Positions 25,915-27,673 of a stretch of DNA of 27,673 nucleotides are shown here, piece after piece (position 1 is the first letter of the stretch; each line of letters starts with the position of its first letter). The notes below the pieces were generated by a model. That model saw only the letters and a list, made by a program, of their open reading frames with translations. It did no database searches and had not been told where the DNA came from. The stretch comes from a virus. Lineage: Duplodnaviria; Caudoviricetes. The stretch is taken from IMG/VR virus record IMGVR_UViG_3300042924_002342, positions 1 to 27,673 of that record. One strand, 5' to 3'. The translations under genes were made by a program, and so were the position numbers.

Positions 25915-26532
25915 TTAAACTGCTCCTAGTGTTACTGGACCTGCAGAGCAACTTGCTCCACCGCCATTTATATTTCCTGTAATAGCATTATTAGTACTTG
26001 TAAAAAAGAAATAATTTTCAGGAGTAGTTAAACCACCACCTGTAGTTTCTATACTACCATTAGATCTAATTTTTCCAACAGTAATTATAAATCCATTTGC
26101 ATTATCAATATCACTTACACCATCAAAAGCTGGTATAGGTGCAAATTGTTTTAAGTTAGGTGCAAAAGCTCCACCTGTTCCAGCATTTATAACTTGTGCT
26201 GGTCCTCTTAATCTTACTCTACTTCCTGTAGTTCTTTGATGATCTTGAGAATAAACATTTATATAAGTTACTCCATTATAAATTACAGTTTCAAATGGAT
26301 TAGAAGTTAATAAAATTAATTGTGGTGTGTCAGCTCCTTGTACTCTTGGATTACGTAAAGCTTGTGGATCATTACCAACTGGTTTTGGATCTAACTGTGG
26401 TTGCTTTTCCTCATACTCAGAGTAATGAACTAAAAATCCATTCCATTCTCTTACCATTTCTCTATAAAGAAATCTCATTCCAGATCTATCTGAAATTGCG
26501 TAAGCTTGTTTTCCTTTTGCAAAAGTACCCAT
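25915..26532 (-). CDS. Conserved virion protein (ISDRSG...EWNG...PQL family)
   Basis: A.GK.A.AISDRSG..F.Y.EM..EWNG..VH.SEYE.K.PQL and DPQAL..PR; coupled between the adaptor genes. Confidence 0.7.
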   Translation of the reverse strand: MGTFAKGKQAYAISDRSGMRFLYREMVREWNGFLVHYSEYEEKQPQLDPKPVGNDPQALRNPRVQGADTPQLILLTSNPFETVIYNGVTYINVYSQDHQRTTGSRVRLRGPAQVINAGTGGAFAPNLKQFAPIPAFDGVSDIDNANGFIITVGKIRSNGSIETTGGGLTTPENYFFFTSTNNAITGNINGGGASCSAGPVTLGAV

Positions 26533-27635
26533 TAAGATAATACTCCATCTCCGTAGAATGTATTAGGTGAAATGAAAGTAGATACACCTTGATTATCAGC
26601 ATCAAGAGCTCTTAACATTTCACTTTCATATATACGTTCTAATTCTTGAGTTCTTGCTGGAGCAAATTTCATACTTAAATAATAAGCAAGTCCAGACATC
26701 ATACATGGGTAAAATCTATTTACTACATCTGATGTATTTGTATATGCACCTACATCTTGAATTCTAGCAACATAGTAAAAACAAAATTGAAAGCTAGATG
26801 GTGTTGAAGTACTAGAAACACTTGCACTTGCTGTAGCATATAAATAAATATTAGGATTCTTTTTTCTATCAACATAATATTGAGAAGGTGTTCCTTGTGT
26901 TAATTTATTTGGAGTTGCATTATAAGCTGATCTATCAATTTTAGTTAAAGCAATATCTTGTGGATTAGATGTATCTGAATTGTTTCTATAAAAAGCTTCT
27001 AAAACTTCTGAAATATCATTTGGAAAATTAATAGTATCACTTGCATAATTATATTCAGCTTGACCTTGTATTAAAGGAATTTTTGCAAGTTTTACTTTCC
27101 ATAAATGAATTCCTCTATTACCCCATTCTTGAAACATAATATTTAAAGAACGTCTTGCACTTCTTAATTGATACCCTGTTCGCGTTCCGCCAAGACCTGT
27201 TCTTTCATAGGCTTCTTCTATAATATCATCTATTGATGGATCAAATTCAGTAGTTCCAGAAGTTGGGGAAATAGTTTGTGCTTGATTACCCATGCCTGCT
27301 GTTGAGGCATTGTAGTAAAATAATACCGGAGCGCCGATACTTGCCACCGGAGCGACTACGATTTGAGTATATGCTCCTGAAGTACCTGGAGTGCCTACAG
27401 TTGTTACACCATTTGTATAAGCAACACCACCTGATGTATTAGTACCATCTTTAGTAGATGAAAATGCAAATGTAAAACCAGCATTAGATGCGGCTGATTG
27501 ATCAAATATGTAAGTATCTCCTTCATATAAATAAAGAACAGGACTTACAGTACCATTAATAAAAAATTTATTAGTACCCGCACCAAATGCGTTTTGACCC
27601 GTTGCGACGGTTACTGTGTAAGTTGTAGTCGCCAT
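26532..27635 (-). CDS. Head-tail connector protein with N-terminal cupredoxin-like accessory domain
   Basis: C-terminal ~240 aa has SGT..F...IDDIIEEAYER, LRSARRSLN.MF.EW.NRG..LW, G.PSQYY and RFYPCM.SGLAYYLS.K. N-terminal ~120 aa has YTVTV...KF.ING...P.L.L.EG.TY.FDQS...GTPG.SGAYT...L.YY....GMG. Confidence 0.7.
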   Translation of the reverse strand: MATTTYTVTVATGQNAFGAGTNKFFINGTVSPVLYLYEGDTYIFDQSAASNAGFTFAFSSTKDGTNTSGGVAYTNGVTTVGTPGTSGAYTQIVVAPVASIGAPVLFYYNASTAGMGNQAQTISPTSGTTEFDPSIDDIIEEAYERTGLGGTRTGYQLRSARRSLNIMFQEWGNRGIHLWKVKLAKIPLIQGQAEYNYASDTINFPNDISEVLEAFYRNNSDTSNPQDIALTKIDRSAYNATPNKLTQGTPSQYYVDRKKNPNIYLYATASASVSSTSTPSSFQFCFYYVARIQDVGAYTNTSDVVNRFYPCMMSGLAYYLSMKFAPARTQELERIYESEMLRALDADNQGVSTFISPNTFYGDGVLS

Positions 27636-27641
27636 GCGATA

Positions 27642-27673
27642 TTAATTTGCTGTTAAACCTGGTGCAGAATATC
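27642..27673 (-). CDS. C-terminal end of upstream gene (...YSAPGLTAN*)
   Basis: Open frame from the window edge to TAA at 27642-27644, 6 nt before the next ATG. Confidence 0.45.
   Translation of the reverse strand, partial: YSAPGLTAN

Noticed and set aside
16467-26540. + strand ORFs 16467, 18550, 18558, 18644, 20913, 24154 and 26322
   Set aside because: Antisense shadows. The Pro- or His-rich translations simply mirror Gly codon runs.
1-27673. tRNA, rRNA, integrase or att site
   Set aside because: None recognisable. The intergenic gaps are short and lack cloverleaf signatures.

Overview
AT-rich fragment of a tailed dsDNA phage genome with podovirus-like organisation. Gene content and order resemble SAR11/Pelagibacterales phages of the HTVC023P-like or uvMED/freshwater kind; this is inferred from protein families and alphaproteobacterial-style promoters, not proven. 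The left end holds two conserved early/replication-region genes and a lone + strand SNF2-like helicase behind overlapping divergent promoters. Everything else is on the - strand. In transcription order (right to left) it contains head-tail/tail connector proteins, a ~7 kb modular tail-fibre cluster, a nozzle-like protein, an HlyC/TAAT-like acyltransferase fused operonically to four putative internal virion (ejection) proteins, a holin-like protein, an M15 peptidase endolysin, a SpeD-like decarboxylase and an Hsp20. Four observations stand out: (1) a hierarchical 'plug-and-socket' pattern of short terminal motifs and paralogous hub proteins that predicts a branched multi-adhesin tail; (2) an RTX-toxin-activating-type acyltransferase placed immediately before the ejection proteins, with its own promoter and a possible pseudoknot leader; (3) a heat-shock cassette with an RpoH-like promoter and ROSE-like RNA thermometer before hsp20; (4) repeated x-x-GG motifs in the ejection proteins. 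Several small ORFs missing from the ORF track were read by hand. All family assignments come from motif recognition by eye; no searches were run.
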